This document shows, one piece after another, positions 1 to 11,630 of a stretch of 35,007 nucleotides of DNA. A program made the position numbers and the translations under genes. How positions within the stretch are numbered: the first letter of the stretch is position 1; each line of letters begins with the position of its first letter. Origin of the DNA: Chiloscyllium plagiosum (taxonomy: Eukaryota); contig NC_057719.1 in the NCBI RefSeq assembly GCF_004010195.1, positions 44,687,921 to 44,722,927 on the forward strand, written 5' to 3'. The notes beneath the pieces were generated by a model. The model did not search any database. It worked only from the letters and a program-made list of their open reading frames with translations, and had not been told where the DNA came from.

Positions 1-3000
1 CAGTACCATGTGCTAGTGAGGGTAAGGACAGGAGCATATGACAGACGAATGCATGGTTAAAGCATTGATTTAGGGGGCAAGAACTTATTTTTTTAGATCA
101 TTGGGATCTTTTCTGGGGCAGAGGTGATCTGTTCAAGAGGGACGGGTTGCACCTGAACTGGAGGGGGACCAATAACTTGATGGTCAGATTTGCTAGTTCT
201 GCAAGGGAGAGTTTAAACTAGATTGGCATGGGGGGTTGGGATTGTCAACAGCAGGGAGGCATGTACGAGGTTCAGGGGAGATCAGTGATCAAAAATAGTA
301 AGTTGAAGAGACAGGTCAGGCTGGAACAGAACAGGGAGCAGGGAATGCCTGTTGGGTTAAATGCATTTATTTCAATGCAAGAGGGCTGACAGGTAAGGTT
401 GATGAACTCAGGGTGTGGATAGGTACATGGGATGGGATATAATAATCATTATAGAAACATGGCTAAGGGAGGAATAGGACTGGCAGTTTAATGTGCAGGA
501 TACAGGGGCTTTAGGTGGGACAGAGGTGGTGGAAGGAGGGGAGGGAGAGTTGCATTTTTGATTTAAGGTGAGTATCACAGCAATAGTCAGAGATGAAATA
601 ACTGAAGGATCATCCAGTGAGGCTTTGTTGGTGAAGCTAAGTAGTAAGAAGGGGATAGTGATGTTATTAGGGTTGTACTATAGGCCCCCAAATCATCAAT
701 GGAAATAGAGGAACAAATATGGAGGGTGATTGGGGAGACTTGCAGAAACAATAGGATTGTCATAGGGGATTTTAATTTTCCTAACATAGACTGGCACTGC
801 CAGAGTGTTAGGGCTTAGATGGAGTGGAATTTGTTAAGTACATTCAGGAATGTTTCCTCAAGCACATATAGAGGGCCCTACTCAGGAAGGGGCAAAACTT
901 GACTTACTTTTGGGAATTAGGGCAGGACAGGTGACAGAGGTGACGTTGAGGGACCACTTTGGGACCAATGATCATAGTTCTATTAATTTTAAAATAGTTA
1001 TGGAGAGGGACAAAACTGGTCAACAGGTTCAAGTTCTAAATTGGGGCAAGGTGAATTTTGATGGAATTAGACAAGAGCTTGCAGGGCTGAATTGGAATAG
1101 TTTGTTTGTAGGGAAAGGGACCTTTGGCAAATGGGAGGCCTTTAAAAGTGAGATAACTAGAGTTCAGGATCTATATGTTCCTGTGACGGTGAAGGCCAAG
1201 GTTGGCAGGAATAGGGAACCCTGGACGACAAAAGATATTGAGGCTTTGGCCAGAAAGAAGGCAGGGGCGTGGCTCAGGTACAGGCAGCTGGGATCACGGG
1301 AATACCTGCAGGTATACAGGGATACAGGAGTTTACTGAAGAAAGAAATCAGAAGGACGAAAAGAGGGCACGAGATAGCCTTGGCTGAGAAGGTTAGGCAA
1401 ATCCAAAGAGGTACTTTAAGTATACTAAAGGAAAAAGAATAACTAGTGAAAGAATAGGACCCCTCCAGGAACAAAATGGACATGTATGTGTAGAACCGTA
1501 TGTGAGTGTTTACCATTAGAGAAAGACATGAAGAGTTGGGAACTTAGGGAAGTTAATGGTGATATTTTGGGGATAGTCGATGTCACAATAAAGGAAGTGT
1601 TGGATGTATTTGTACGAAGGTTGATAAATCTCCTGGACCTGACCAGATATAAAATACAAATACTACAAGAGGCTAGAGAGGAAATTACAGGGACCCTGGC
1701 TGATATTTTTCAATCATTATTAGCCACTGGTGAGGTCCCAGAAGACTGGAAGGTAGCAAATGTTGTGCCCTTATTTAAGAAGGGCTGCAAAGAAAAACCT
1801 GGGAACTATAGACCAGTAAGCCTGGGTAATTTATTTGAGAAGATTCTGAGGGATATGATACACATACATTTGGAAAGACAGGGTTTGATTAGGAGTAGTC
1901 AGCATAGCTTGGTGAGTTGGAGATCATGCCTCACAAATTTGTTAAAGTTCTTTGATGAAGTGACCAGGAAAGTTGACGAGGGCAGGGCAGTAGACGTAGT
2001 CTATTTCGATTTGTTTGATAAGGTTCCACATGGTAGGCTGCTCTGGAAGGTTAAATCACATGGAATCCAGGACAAACTGGCAAACTGGATACAAAATTGG
2101 CTTGATGGTAGAATGTGGAGAGTAATCGTGGAAGGATGCTTGTTAGATTGGAGGCTGTGACTAGTGGAGTGCCTCAAGAGTTGGTGCTGGGCCCTTTACT
2201 GTTTGTTATCTATATCAATAATTTGGATGAGAATGTACAAGGCATGATTAGTAAGTTTGCAGATGACACTAAAATAGGTGTTATTGTGGACAGTCAGGTA
2301 AGTTATCAGAAATTGCAGCAGGACTTTTGATCAGCTGGGGAAGTGTCAAGAAATGGCTAATGGAGTTTCATATAGGTAAGTATGATGTCTTGCAATTTGG
2401 AAAGTCAAGTCAAGGTAGGAGTTTCATGGTGAATGGTAGGGCCTTAAGGAGTGTAGTGGAACAGAGGGATCTTGGAGTATAAGTGCACAGGGTCTCTGAA
2501 AGTGGAGTTACAGGTAGACAGGGCAGTAAAGAAGGTTTTTGGCACACTGGCTTTCATCAGTCAGGGCACTGAAATTGAAAGTTGGGAAGTTATGTTATAC
2601 AGGATATTGGTGAGGCTGCATTTGGAGTATTGTGTTCAGTTTTGGTCACCTTGTTACAGAAAGTATGTTATTGTGATGTGGAGGCACTGGTATTGAGCTG
2701 GGGTGGACAAAGTTAAAATCACACATGACCAGGTTATAGTCCAACAAGTTTTGTTTGGAAGTACCAGCTTTTGGAGCACGTCTTCAATGGGTAGCAAAAA
2801 ATCAGTGTCATGCAACTGATACAATATATTGAACACGTCTCACTGCTGTTAAGTCTTTCATCTCTTAGAATGGGTTGTAGGTTTCGGTTCATTTAATATG
2901 TAAATCCCAGAATTACTTTCAAGTCACATTCTCAAGATGACCTAAGATTTTATTTTAAAAAACCTGATGTCACCTGTATATGGAATGAGCTGCCAGCGGA

Positions 3001-3183
3001 AGTGGTTGAGGCAGGTACATTAACAACATTTAAAAGGCATTTGGACAAATACATAGAGAAGAAGGATTAGAAAGATATAGGCCAAGTGCATGGAAACGGG
3101 ATTAGTGTGGATTGACATTTTGGTTGGCATGGACTAGTTTAGGCCAAAAGACCTGTCTCAGTATTGTAGGACTCTATGATTCT
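1..3183 (+). mobile_element. Degenerate CR1-clade LINE: end of ORF1 esterase, ORF2 endonuclease-RT with frameshifts and stops, and 3' UTR
   Basis: ORF1 end reads DHWDLFWGRGDLFKRDGLHLN (~97-158). The ORF2 endonuclease start reads CIYFNARGLTGKVDEL (~362). ORF-track pieces include GDFNFPNI, LDLLLG..DHS, PEDWKVANVVPLFKKG..PGNYRPVSL, SGVPQ..VLGPLLF, SKFADDTK and LEYCVQFWSP. The 3' tail is ..gtaggactctatgattcta. The element runs off the window at its 5' end. Confidence 0.93.
2673..2976 (-). mobile_element. Penelope-like terminal-repeat fragment interrupting the CR1 3' region
   Basis: 2680-2780 (ggggtggacaaagttaaaatcacacatgaccaggttatagtccaac..gcttttggagcac) is a diverged copy of 31293-31392. The CR1 reading stops at RKYVI and resumes at WNELP (~2981). 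Confidence 0.7.
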
Positions 3184-3189
3184 AAATCC

Positions 3190-3968
3190 CTGAATATATT
3201 TAAGAAATAAAAAATAGATTTCTAGATGCTAAAAGGGCCAAGGCTTATAGGGAGGCATCAGGAGGATAGTGTTCAACAAAGGATCAACCATGATCATATT
3301 GGATAACAGAGAAATAGGGGGACTAAATGGCCTACTCCTGTTCCTTTGTTTATGTTTTTATGTTTCTAAATGTGGGGAAATAGTTCTCATTGATAGAAGT
3401 TTTGAGAACTAAAAGATGCTGATTTAAGGTGATCTGCAAAAGAGCTAGAGCCAACTTGAGGAACCATGTTACTATACAGCCAGTGGTTAGGATCTGGAAT
3501 GTGCTGTCTGAGAATGTTGTGGTGCCAGGGTCAATTGTGGTTTTCAAAGGGAAATGAATTGCAAAACCCCATGGAATAAAGAGAGCAGTGAGACTAGCTG
3601 AATTATTCTACCAGCTAGTAGAAATATTCAAAATCATGAGGGGTCTGGATAGAGTAGATAGGGCTACATTGCCCAATTGATTGTAGGGCCAAGAAGCAGG
3701 GGATTCCAATTTAAAATCTTCAGCAAAAGAAACAAGAATGACATGAGAAAGAAATTTTTTACTTACATTGTATGTGGTAACACCTGGAACACAGTGCAAT
3801 GCAGGCAGATTTGAAATTAAACTGGATAGTTACCTAAGGAGAGAAAAAAACAGAGCGACAGTGAAAAGACAGAAAAGTAGGATTGTTCAGTACCTGATTC
3901 AGAGACCCAGCACAGACAGGGCTGAACAGCCATCTACTGTGCTGTGACCTTTCTGTAATTCTATGATG
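3190..3968 (+). mobile_element. Run of about three old CR1-type 3'-end fragments in the same orientation
   Basis: CR1 3' motifs recur: aaatggcctactcctgttcc..tatgtttttatgtttcta (~3325-3368), ttaggatctggaatgtgctg (~3490), ttcaaaatcatgagggtctggatagagtagata (~3630) and gggctgaacagcc..ctgtaattctatgat (~3920-3967). Confidence 0.6.
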
Positions 3969-4577
3969 GAAAGAACACCAATTTTAATGGATGTCCAGGG
4001 TTGCTAGGCAGCGATAAATATTCAGAAGATAGGACTCAGCAATGTTAAGCCTTTTTGGAATTGCTGAACTTTTCCCAATTGGTTTTCTCTGGCCGGTACT
4101 CAAGTTATGTGTATTTCCCTCCATTGATGAAAAGTTTATGTTTCAGCCGACTTATCACCAATAAATTTTGGAATTGTTGCCTTTAACTGGTGATATACCT
4201 TTATTTACATATTTATAGGTCTGTACATTGCCTTCACAAATTGACAATGAATTTACTTGTCAAGCTGACACTCCACAGTATATAGCATTCATCCCAAAAA
4301 CTGAATTAGTAAGCTTGTAACCATTGTACGCTTTAAATTTCTACTCCACGTCATGCAAATACATTATTTCCTGAAAGTGCATTTGGTGGTTCATATAGCA
4401 GTTTAAAGGGTCAAGATAAAAGCAGGTTTGAAAAAGGTGCATTAATAAATTAAAAACCAAAAGAAAAGCAGAGCTTGCTTTCAACATGACAATGAATAAC
4501 ATTATGCATGAAATACAAGATGATAAAGTTTCTAATCCATATGAATATTTGTTTAGTAGTACAGAACCTGAATATTG

Positions 4578-5030
4578 CCCAAAAAAGACACATTTTGTCG
4601 AAGCTTTTCATCTTACACCCATAAGGACAATTCTCAAGAATGCTAATGTAAAGGAAAAACAACATTTATATTGTGTGAGAGAAGACTGTGATTGGTTGGC
4701 AAGTTGACTTTAATTGATAGAGGTGTTGCTCTGGAGAATGCACCAGTTAGATGTTAACTGACAATTAACTGTCAAGCTCTTCTTAAATTTTAAACCAGGC
4801 AGGCTGACTGATTAGTTGAGGCATTGCCTTGAGAAATGAAACAGAATATCTGTCATCTACTTTGTGCCTGTTCTCACTCAGCAATGTGTATACATCATCT
4901 TTCTGACTGCAAAGACTGCACCACTCTGTAATAATATATATAAAATCCAGTACATGCAAGTGTGCTACACTGTCTGTCCGAGTGAAAATCTTAAATTGGT
5001 TGTCAACATAATTCTTCACACACACAGAAT
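4578..5030 (-). mobile_element. Possible old Penelope-like terminal repeat with a decayed hammerhead-like motif
   Basis: The minus strand of 4595-4632 reads ttgtcc-TTATGG-gtgtaagat-GAAA-agcttcgac, which resembles a decayed CUGAUGA..GAAA layout. Boundaries are approximate. Confidence 0.3.
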
Positions 5031-6109
5031 TATTTAGCAAATGTAGTCCATTTGCATCTCCTATTGAATCTAGCTTCTCATTTAACTTGTTAGTCGGGTA
5101 GAACTGAATGTCTTTTTTTTTACAATAATAATTTGATGAAGATCAAAATAGGAAATTATTCTGGATAAATCAACAGTCTTCTCTCTCACAATATGAATGT
5201 AACAGTTGCTATGGATACCATAACAAATGGTATTTTGCCTGACTGCTATTTTTGTATTTCAACATGAAGTACCACTAACAAATAAGCTAAAAATAAAAGA
5301 CCATCTTTTATACAGGCAGTAAATGAGTCACAATTTTGAATAAATTTCAGAGAACTGGCATTAGATTCGAAAGCTTGGCATACAAATAGTAAATGAGCAT
5401 CGATATCTGGCTTTGAAAACTCTAAAAATCTTGATTAATACTAATTTCTGAGATTTAAGATCAAGAGGATTAAGTCTGATAGCTTTGGAATTGCAATGCA
5501 GGATTAATCCTGTCCATAGATTCCAGCGCAGGCTTCATGCTAACATTATCTGCCTGTTAATTCACTTGATTACAGTATGCAGAAAATGACATTGTTATAA
5601 GTCACTGCAGCCTCAGCAGTGGATCCCAAGTTGTGGGTTAAAGTCAGTCTGCACTACTTAAAGGGAGGAGCAATGTGACTGGAGCAGCTGATAAAAGTCA
5701 TTGAGGAGCTAATTTTAACACACAAAAAGATGAAATAACAATACATGATGACAGAATGTGATTTCAAGATTTATCACACCACACTGAAGGCCTTAGTCAA
5801 GGAGGTGAGATGTGTTCACCCGCAAGTGACCAGGAATAAATGTTTACCATCAATTTCTATCAATCAAAATTCATACTTAGTGCTTCACCTCAACCTCAAA
5901 TTCTTTGCACTGCTGTAAATCTCATGCTCACATCTCACCTTGCAGTCACAGCCAGATATCCAATTACATCATACTATCTAACACACTTTCTTCTCTTTTT
6001 TTGCAGGGCAATTGGAGGCAAGTGCTAACTGGAGAGGGACGGGCATGACTTATCCTGAGAGAGGAGACAATGCTCGCTAGATCAACCATAGTTCAGGTCT
6101 TGGCCAGCA

Positions 6110-6270
6110 TTAGAATTAGAATTAGGTTTGTTATCACATACACTCCTGTGAATACATTGAAAAATTTACAAAGTCACCACTTTACAGTGTCATCTTAGGT
6201 ACAGGTACCTAGGTACAAAATCTTGGGAACAAATTTAAAAAATAAAGAAACAAAAGGTTCAGTATTACAG
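6110..6270 (-). mobile_element. Probable LINE 3'-end fragment (Rex1/RTE-like)
   Basis: A (ttagaa)n tail is followed by tttgttatcacata..tacattgaaaa, similar in layout to the Rex1 3' end at 19828-19880. Confidence 0.35.
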
Positions 6271-6689
6271 GGTTGAATAGGGCTGAAATTGTAGTAAAAT
6301 CAGGTAGACACTCATGTGAGTGAACATTAATAGACTTAATTAAACCTAACTATATAGAAGGGATAGTAAGAGAAGACGTCTTTTGAAACCTTACAGACTT
6401 AAGTTCCAATTCAGGTGATCTGCTGTCACTATGATGCAGCTCAGTCGCTGTTGTGTTATAATGAGATCCATGTAGGTTCTGACTCTGTAACTAATCAGAT
6501 GAGTCTGACATCTGTACAATAAGTTCACCAGTCTAGAATGACCTTGTGAAGAGAAAGGTCTTACACACTAGAGAGCTGCATTTGAGAACCTAGTATGTGC
6601 AGAAGTAAATAAAGAACTATTACAACTCATAAGGAATTAAGGAGCATCACTTAGAGATAAGAATTAAGCAGCCTTTGAGCGAGTGTATA

Positions 6690-6711
6690 TACACACACAC
6701 ACACACACACA
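6690..6711. repeat. (AC)n microsatellite
   Basis: About 10 AC units are directly visible. Confidence 0.95.
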
Positions 6712-7129
6712 GCCTGAGATAAAGTGATGTCTCTATATGCAGAAATGTCTTAAAACACAGATAAACCGTGGTGGTAGCCAAGGCAGAAAAAAGCTCCAGA
6801 GCCAGGACCTGAAGTTAAAACAATCCGAAAGCAGGACAAGACCTTGGAAAACTTTAAACTTATGGCTCAGAGAAACATGGGAAGACTCGAATGGTAGGCA
6901 AAGACCATGGAAGGTTTTGATTACAGTGCTACAGAATAAGGATGACCAGCTATAAAACACCAATACTCTGGAGCAGGAAAACACAATATTGGAACAGTTG
7001 GACATCAAGTAGGAAAAACATAAATACTCACCCAGCTCAGTGAGTCTTGATAATTCTCAGGGATGGTCGCTTCAGTAGAGCCCTTGCCTTTATCTCAACA
7101 ACTTGATAATATAGAAGGTCCAAAATGAG

Positions 7130-7765
7130 GCAGAAATGGGAGCTCTGGAAGCAGCAGTTTCATTACTATAGAATGGCTTCTGGCTTACATCCAAATCAGT
7201 TCATATACGCTATAGGTCCAATAGCCGATGATATTCTGGTAAGACAAAGTATGGATCAAAGTACTATGGAGTATAATGCATTGATTAAAGTATACCTTGA
7301 ATAGTGATTGAATGAGCAAGATTTATTCAGCAATCTTGCATTTCAGAAAATCAATAGTAACTTTATTAACAGATTTATATCAGTATATATGCAGGTACAG
7401 GACTTTTAACGTGAATTAATTAGAGACTCTACAGTCATGGTAGTTAGGAAGTTACCAGACTTTCTTTAATCCAAGTAAGGCTTGATATTGAACAGGAAAT
7501 GCAATTCACAACATCGGCAAAAATGAGGCCCTAACTACAGTTAGTGTTTTGAGGAAACATCAGAATCCCATCTGACATGGGTCAAATGGATAGGCCCCCA
7601 CATAGTTCCCAAAAACCCATCAAAATGCCAAAACAGTGGGAATCAATGTCATTGACCAAACTAAGCTGTACAAGACATGGGTCCAAACAGAAATAATAGC
7701 ACATTGAATATCCAGCTAAATGCTATAATTGTAGTCAACTGAGACACTTCAGAAAATATTCTAAG
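7130..7765 (+). pseudogene. Ty3/Gypsy LTR-retrotransposon gag relic
   Basis: By-eye translation gives KWELWKQQFHYYRMASGLHPNQFIYAIGPIADDILVRQ (from 7134), then E*ARF (~7310), ELIRDS (~7413) and a zinc-knuckle relic CYNCSQLRHFRKYS (7721-7762; CX2CX4HX4C with the last C changed to S). This is the motif order of Gypsy Gag. Confidence 0.75.
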
Positions 7766-8000
7766 TTATCAGCATCTGCATTTCTTCAACAATAAAGGAA
7801 ATGTTCCGTCAAAGGAAAACATGCAACAAGAAAATGTTCAAGGGTTGAGTTATACCAAATATTGTAAACAATAAAATATGTCAAGTATCATGGAGGGTTT
7901 CTTTCCCTGAGGCCTAGTCAGTTTTCTTGCACTGCCATCTCATACTTGCCTTATTAATTGGTCACATCACTTATCTGATGCCAGCTTGTTTCTCCCACTT

Positions 8001-9103
8001 AAAACATAGAGGGCTGAAGGGCCTGTACTGCAACGTAATGTTCTATGTTGTGCTGACCTGTTAAATTAATCTGATGCCCATCTAACCTACACCATTCCAT
8101 TATTATCCATATGTATGTCCAAAGCCCATTTAAATGCCCTTAACATCTGAGAGTCTACTACTGTTGCAGGCAGGCCGTTTCATGCTGCTACTATTCTGAG
8201 TACAGAAACTACCCTTGATATTTGTCCTAAATCTATCGCCCCTCAATTTAAAGCTATGTCCCCTCACATTGGCCTTCACCATCCGAGAGAAAAAGGCTTT
8301 CACTGTCCACGCTATCTAACCCTCTGATTATCTTATACATCTCGATTAAGTCACCTCTCAACTTTCTTCTCTCCAATGAAAACAGCCTCAGTTCCCTCAG
8401 CCTTTCCTCTCAGACCTTCCTTCCATACCAGGCAACATCCTAGTAAATCTCCTCTGAACCCTTTTCAAAACTTGCACATCCTTCCTATAATGTGGTGACC
8501 AAAACTGCATGCAATACTCCAGGTGCGCCTTACCAGTGTCTTGTACTGCTGAAGCATGACCTCGTGGCTCCTAAACCCAATCCCCCTACCAATAAACGCA
8601 AATATGCCATAGGCCTTCTTAATAACCCTATCAACCTGGGTGGCAACTTTCAGGAGTTTATGCACCTGGACACCGAGATCTCTCCGTTTGTCTACACTGC
8701 CAAGAATTTTACCATTAACCCAGTACTCTGCATTCCTGTTACTTCTTCTGAAGTGAACTACCTCACACTTTTCCGCATTAAACTTCATTTGCCATTTTTC
8801 AACCCAGCTCTGCATCTTATCTATGTCCCTCTGTAACCCACAACATCCTTTGGCACTATTCACAACTCTGCCTACCTTTAGTGCCATCCGCAAATTTACT
8901 AGCCCATCCTTCTTTTCCTACATTCAGATCATTTATAAAAATGATAAGCAGCAGCAGCCCCAAACAATCCTTGCAGCACACCACTGGTAACTGAGCTCCA
9001 GGATGAACATTTCCCATCAACCACCACTCTGTCTTCTTGCAGCTAGCCAATCTCTGATCCAAACCGCTAAATCACCTTCAATCCCGAAACTCCGTATTCT
9101 GTG
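8001..9103 (-). mobile_element. 5'-truncated CR1 LINE (RT C-terminal half and 3' UTR)
   Basis: Minus-strand ORFs contain GIEGDLAVWIRDWL, SKFADGTK and WVEKWQMKFNAEKCEVVHF..RDLGVQVH. The 3' tail lies near 8001-8060. Confidence 0.92.
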
Positions 9104-10354
9104 CGGACACCTTACTGATCCCACTGGCAACATTGCACTAGGCTGGCAGAGTCTGGGGATCTCCTCTGCCAATCCTGGTTGGGAAGATGGTTCTCTCTTC
9201 ACCAACCTCTCAACAAGGATCTCCAGGTCTCTGTCTGCAAAGCTGACCTTTTCTTATCAGACGTGCTTGGAACAAGCAACATGAACTGTTCAGGGCAGCT
9301 CTGGACTGCCAGCACTTAACCGAGTGGACAATGGTCTTTTAAATACTGTGCCAATGCCAGGGATGCCAGGATATCCCGGCAGCAGTGGGCACTTCATCTG
9401 TGGTGAGTGGAAGAAAACACGATGGGTACCATAGGGGCATGTTGCATAGATAATGAAGTGAGTAAACCCAATCCCCCTACCAATAAACGCAAATATGCCA
9501 TAGGCCTTCTTAATAACCCTATCAACCTGGGTGGCAACTTTCAGGAGTTTATGCACCTGGACACCGAGATCTCTCCGTTCGTCTACACTGCCAAGAATTT
9601 TACCATTAGCCCAGTACTCTGCATTTCTGTTACTTCTTCTGAAGTGAACTACCTCACACTTTTCCACATTAAACTTCATTTGCCATTTTTCAGCCCAGCT
9701 CTGCATCTTATCTATGTCCCTCTGTAACCCACAACATCCTTTGGCACTATTCACAACTCTGCCTACCTTTAGTGCCATCCACAAATTTACTAACTCATCC
9801 TTCTTTCCCTACATTCAGATCATTTATAAAAATGACAAGCAGCAGCAGCCCCAAACAGATCCTTGCAGCACACCGCTGGTAACTGAGTTCCAGGATGAAT
9901 ATTTCCCATCAACAACCACTCTGTCTTCTTTCAGCTAGCCAATCTCTGATCCAAACCGCTAAATCACCTTCAATCCCGATACTCCGTATTCTGTGCGGAC
10001 ACCTTACTGATCCCACTGGCAACATTGCACTAGGCTGGCAGAGTCTGGGGATCTCCTCTGCCAATCCTGGTTGGGAAGATGGTTCTCTCTTCACCAACCT
10101 CTCAACAAGGATCTCCAGGTCTCTGTCTGCAAAGCTGACCTTTTCTTATCAGACATGCTTGGAACAAGCAACATGAACTGTTCAGGGCAGCTCTGGACTG
10201 CCAGCACTTAACCGAGTGGACAATGGTCTTTTAAATACTGTGCCAGTGCCAGGAATGCCAGGATATCCCGGCAGCAGTGGGCACTTCATCTGTGGTGAGT
10301 GGAAGAAAACACGATGGGTACCATAGGGGCATGTTGCATAGGTAATGAAGTGAG
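8572..10354. repeat. Direct tandem duplication, two units of ~891 bp (8572-9462 and 9463-10354)
   Basis: Both units start taaacccaatccccctaccaataaacg and end taatgaagtgag. I counted about 20 substitutions and one 1-bp indel by eye. Confidence 0.95.
9104..9260 (-). pseudogene. Myb/SANT-like DNA-binding domain relic, probably from a Harbinger/PIF transposon (second copy ~9996-10152)
   Basis: The minus strand reads KVSFADRDLEILVERLVKR. In another frame it reads QTLPA*CNVASGISKVS, where * could be a former W. This resembles the F...E..L..........AW..VA..VS pattern of the Myb/SANT-like domain. Confidence 0.45.
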
Positions 10355-10747
10355 TTTGGAGAAAAAACATGGGGAAAGCCACTTGGTCTGATGGAGAGAA
10401 ACACTACATGAAACTCATCAAAATTGACAATCAGAGATTATCATTACACAGAATGCACCAGTTTGTTTCCAGTCAGTTCCCGAAGTTCTAAGCAGCTCAT
10501 GGAATTCATCATTGTCATCGCAATAGGGCTTGAGAGATTCAATACAGTGATAAAGGACAGTCTGAAAGCTATGTGAACACATTCTTTTTGACCACAAAGA
10601 ACAGGTGTGTGTGTGTCTCTAAATAAATGTAGTTTTGAGCATGCGTCCATGAATCATACTGACATGTGATTGTAGCTTCTTTTCAACTGGAAGTACTCCA
10701 GAGCTTAATGAACCAGTATTCATACCCTTGAGAAACTACCTTTTCTT

Positions 10748-11630
10748 AGTCATTCATGGGATGCAGGTATTGGTGGGCCAGAATTAATTCCTAATTCTTA
10801 ATTGTTCATGAGAAGGGATGGTGAGCTGCCTTCTTGAACCAGTACAGTCCTTTGGTATACATACACCCACAATGCAGTTGGGGAGGAAGTTCTAGGACTT
10901 TGATCCAGTGACACCGAAGGAACAATGTTTTAGTTCCGATTCAAGAAGGTGTGCAGCTTGGTGGGAAACTAGCAGGCAGTGCTGTTCCCATTGCATAAGC
11001 TGTCCCGTTGATTGAAAGGTCATGATGGGGGATCCTGGGTGAGTTGCTGCAGTGTATTTTGTAGATAGTACACGTTCCTGTGACTAGATGTTGGTGGCGA
11101 GGTGTGTGAATGTTGATGGTGGTGGTTGGGGGTGACAATCAAGCTAGTTGCTTTACCATGAATGGTGTTGAGCCTCTTGAATATTATTGGAGCCACAACA
11201 TTCCAGGCAAATGGAGACCACATCATCACACCCCTTATTTGTATATTGTAGATGGCAAACAGGCCAAGGGGAGACAGAAGGCGAGGCACTCGGCACAGAT
11301 TTCCAAAGCTCTGATTAGCTTCTGTAGCCATCATACTTATGACATCCAGTTCAGTTTCCAGTCAATGGTACTCCCCAGGATATTGATAGGGGGGGTTCAG
11401 TAGTGGTAATGATGAATATCACTGGGATTACTCCTGTATTATTATTGTATTTAAATATTGTCAGAGATGGTCAATGTCTGACACTTGGATGGCACGAAGG
11501 TTACTCGATTGTAGTCAGTCCAAGCTGGATATTTTCCAGGTCTTGCTGCATAAAGACATGCACAGTTTCAGTGTCTGAGAATGGTCACAAATGGTGTTGA
11601 AAAATGTGCAATTATCACTGAACCTCCCCA
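10748..11630 (-). mobile_element. 3' part of an old non-LTR retrotransposon of the CR1/L2 group, a different family from the main CR1 copies
   Basis: The minus strand gives FSDNCT (FADDCT-like, ~11605-11625), AIYNIQIRGVMMWSPFAW..FKRLNTIHGKATSLI and CTIYKIHCSNSPR. Confidence 0.75.

Noticed and set aside
850..2696. CR1 ORF2 pieces as an active or domesticated RT gene
   Set aside because: Multiple frameshifts, stops and deletions show that every CR1 copy in the window is inactive.
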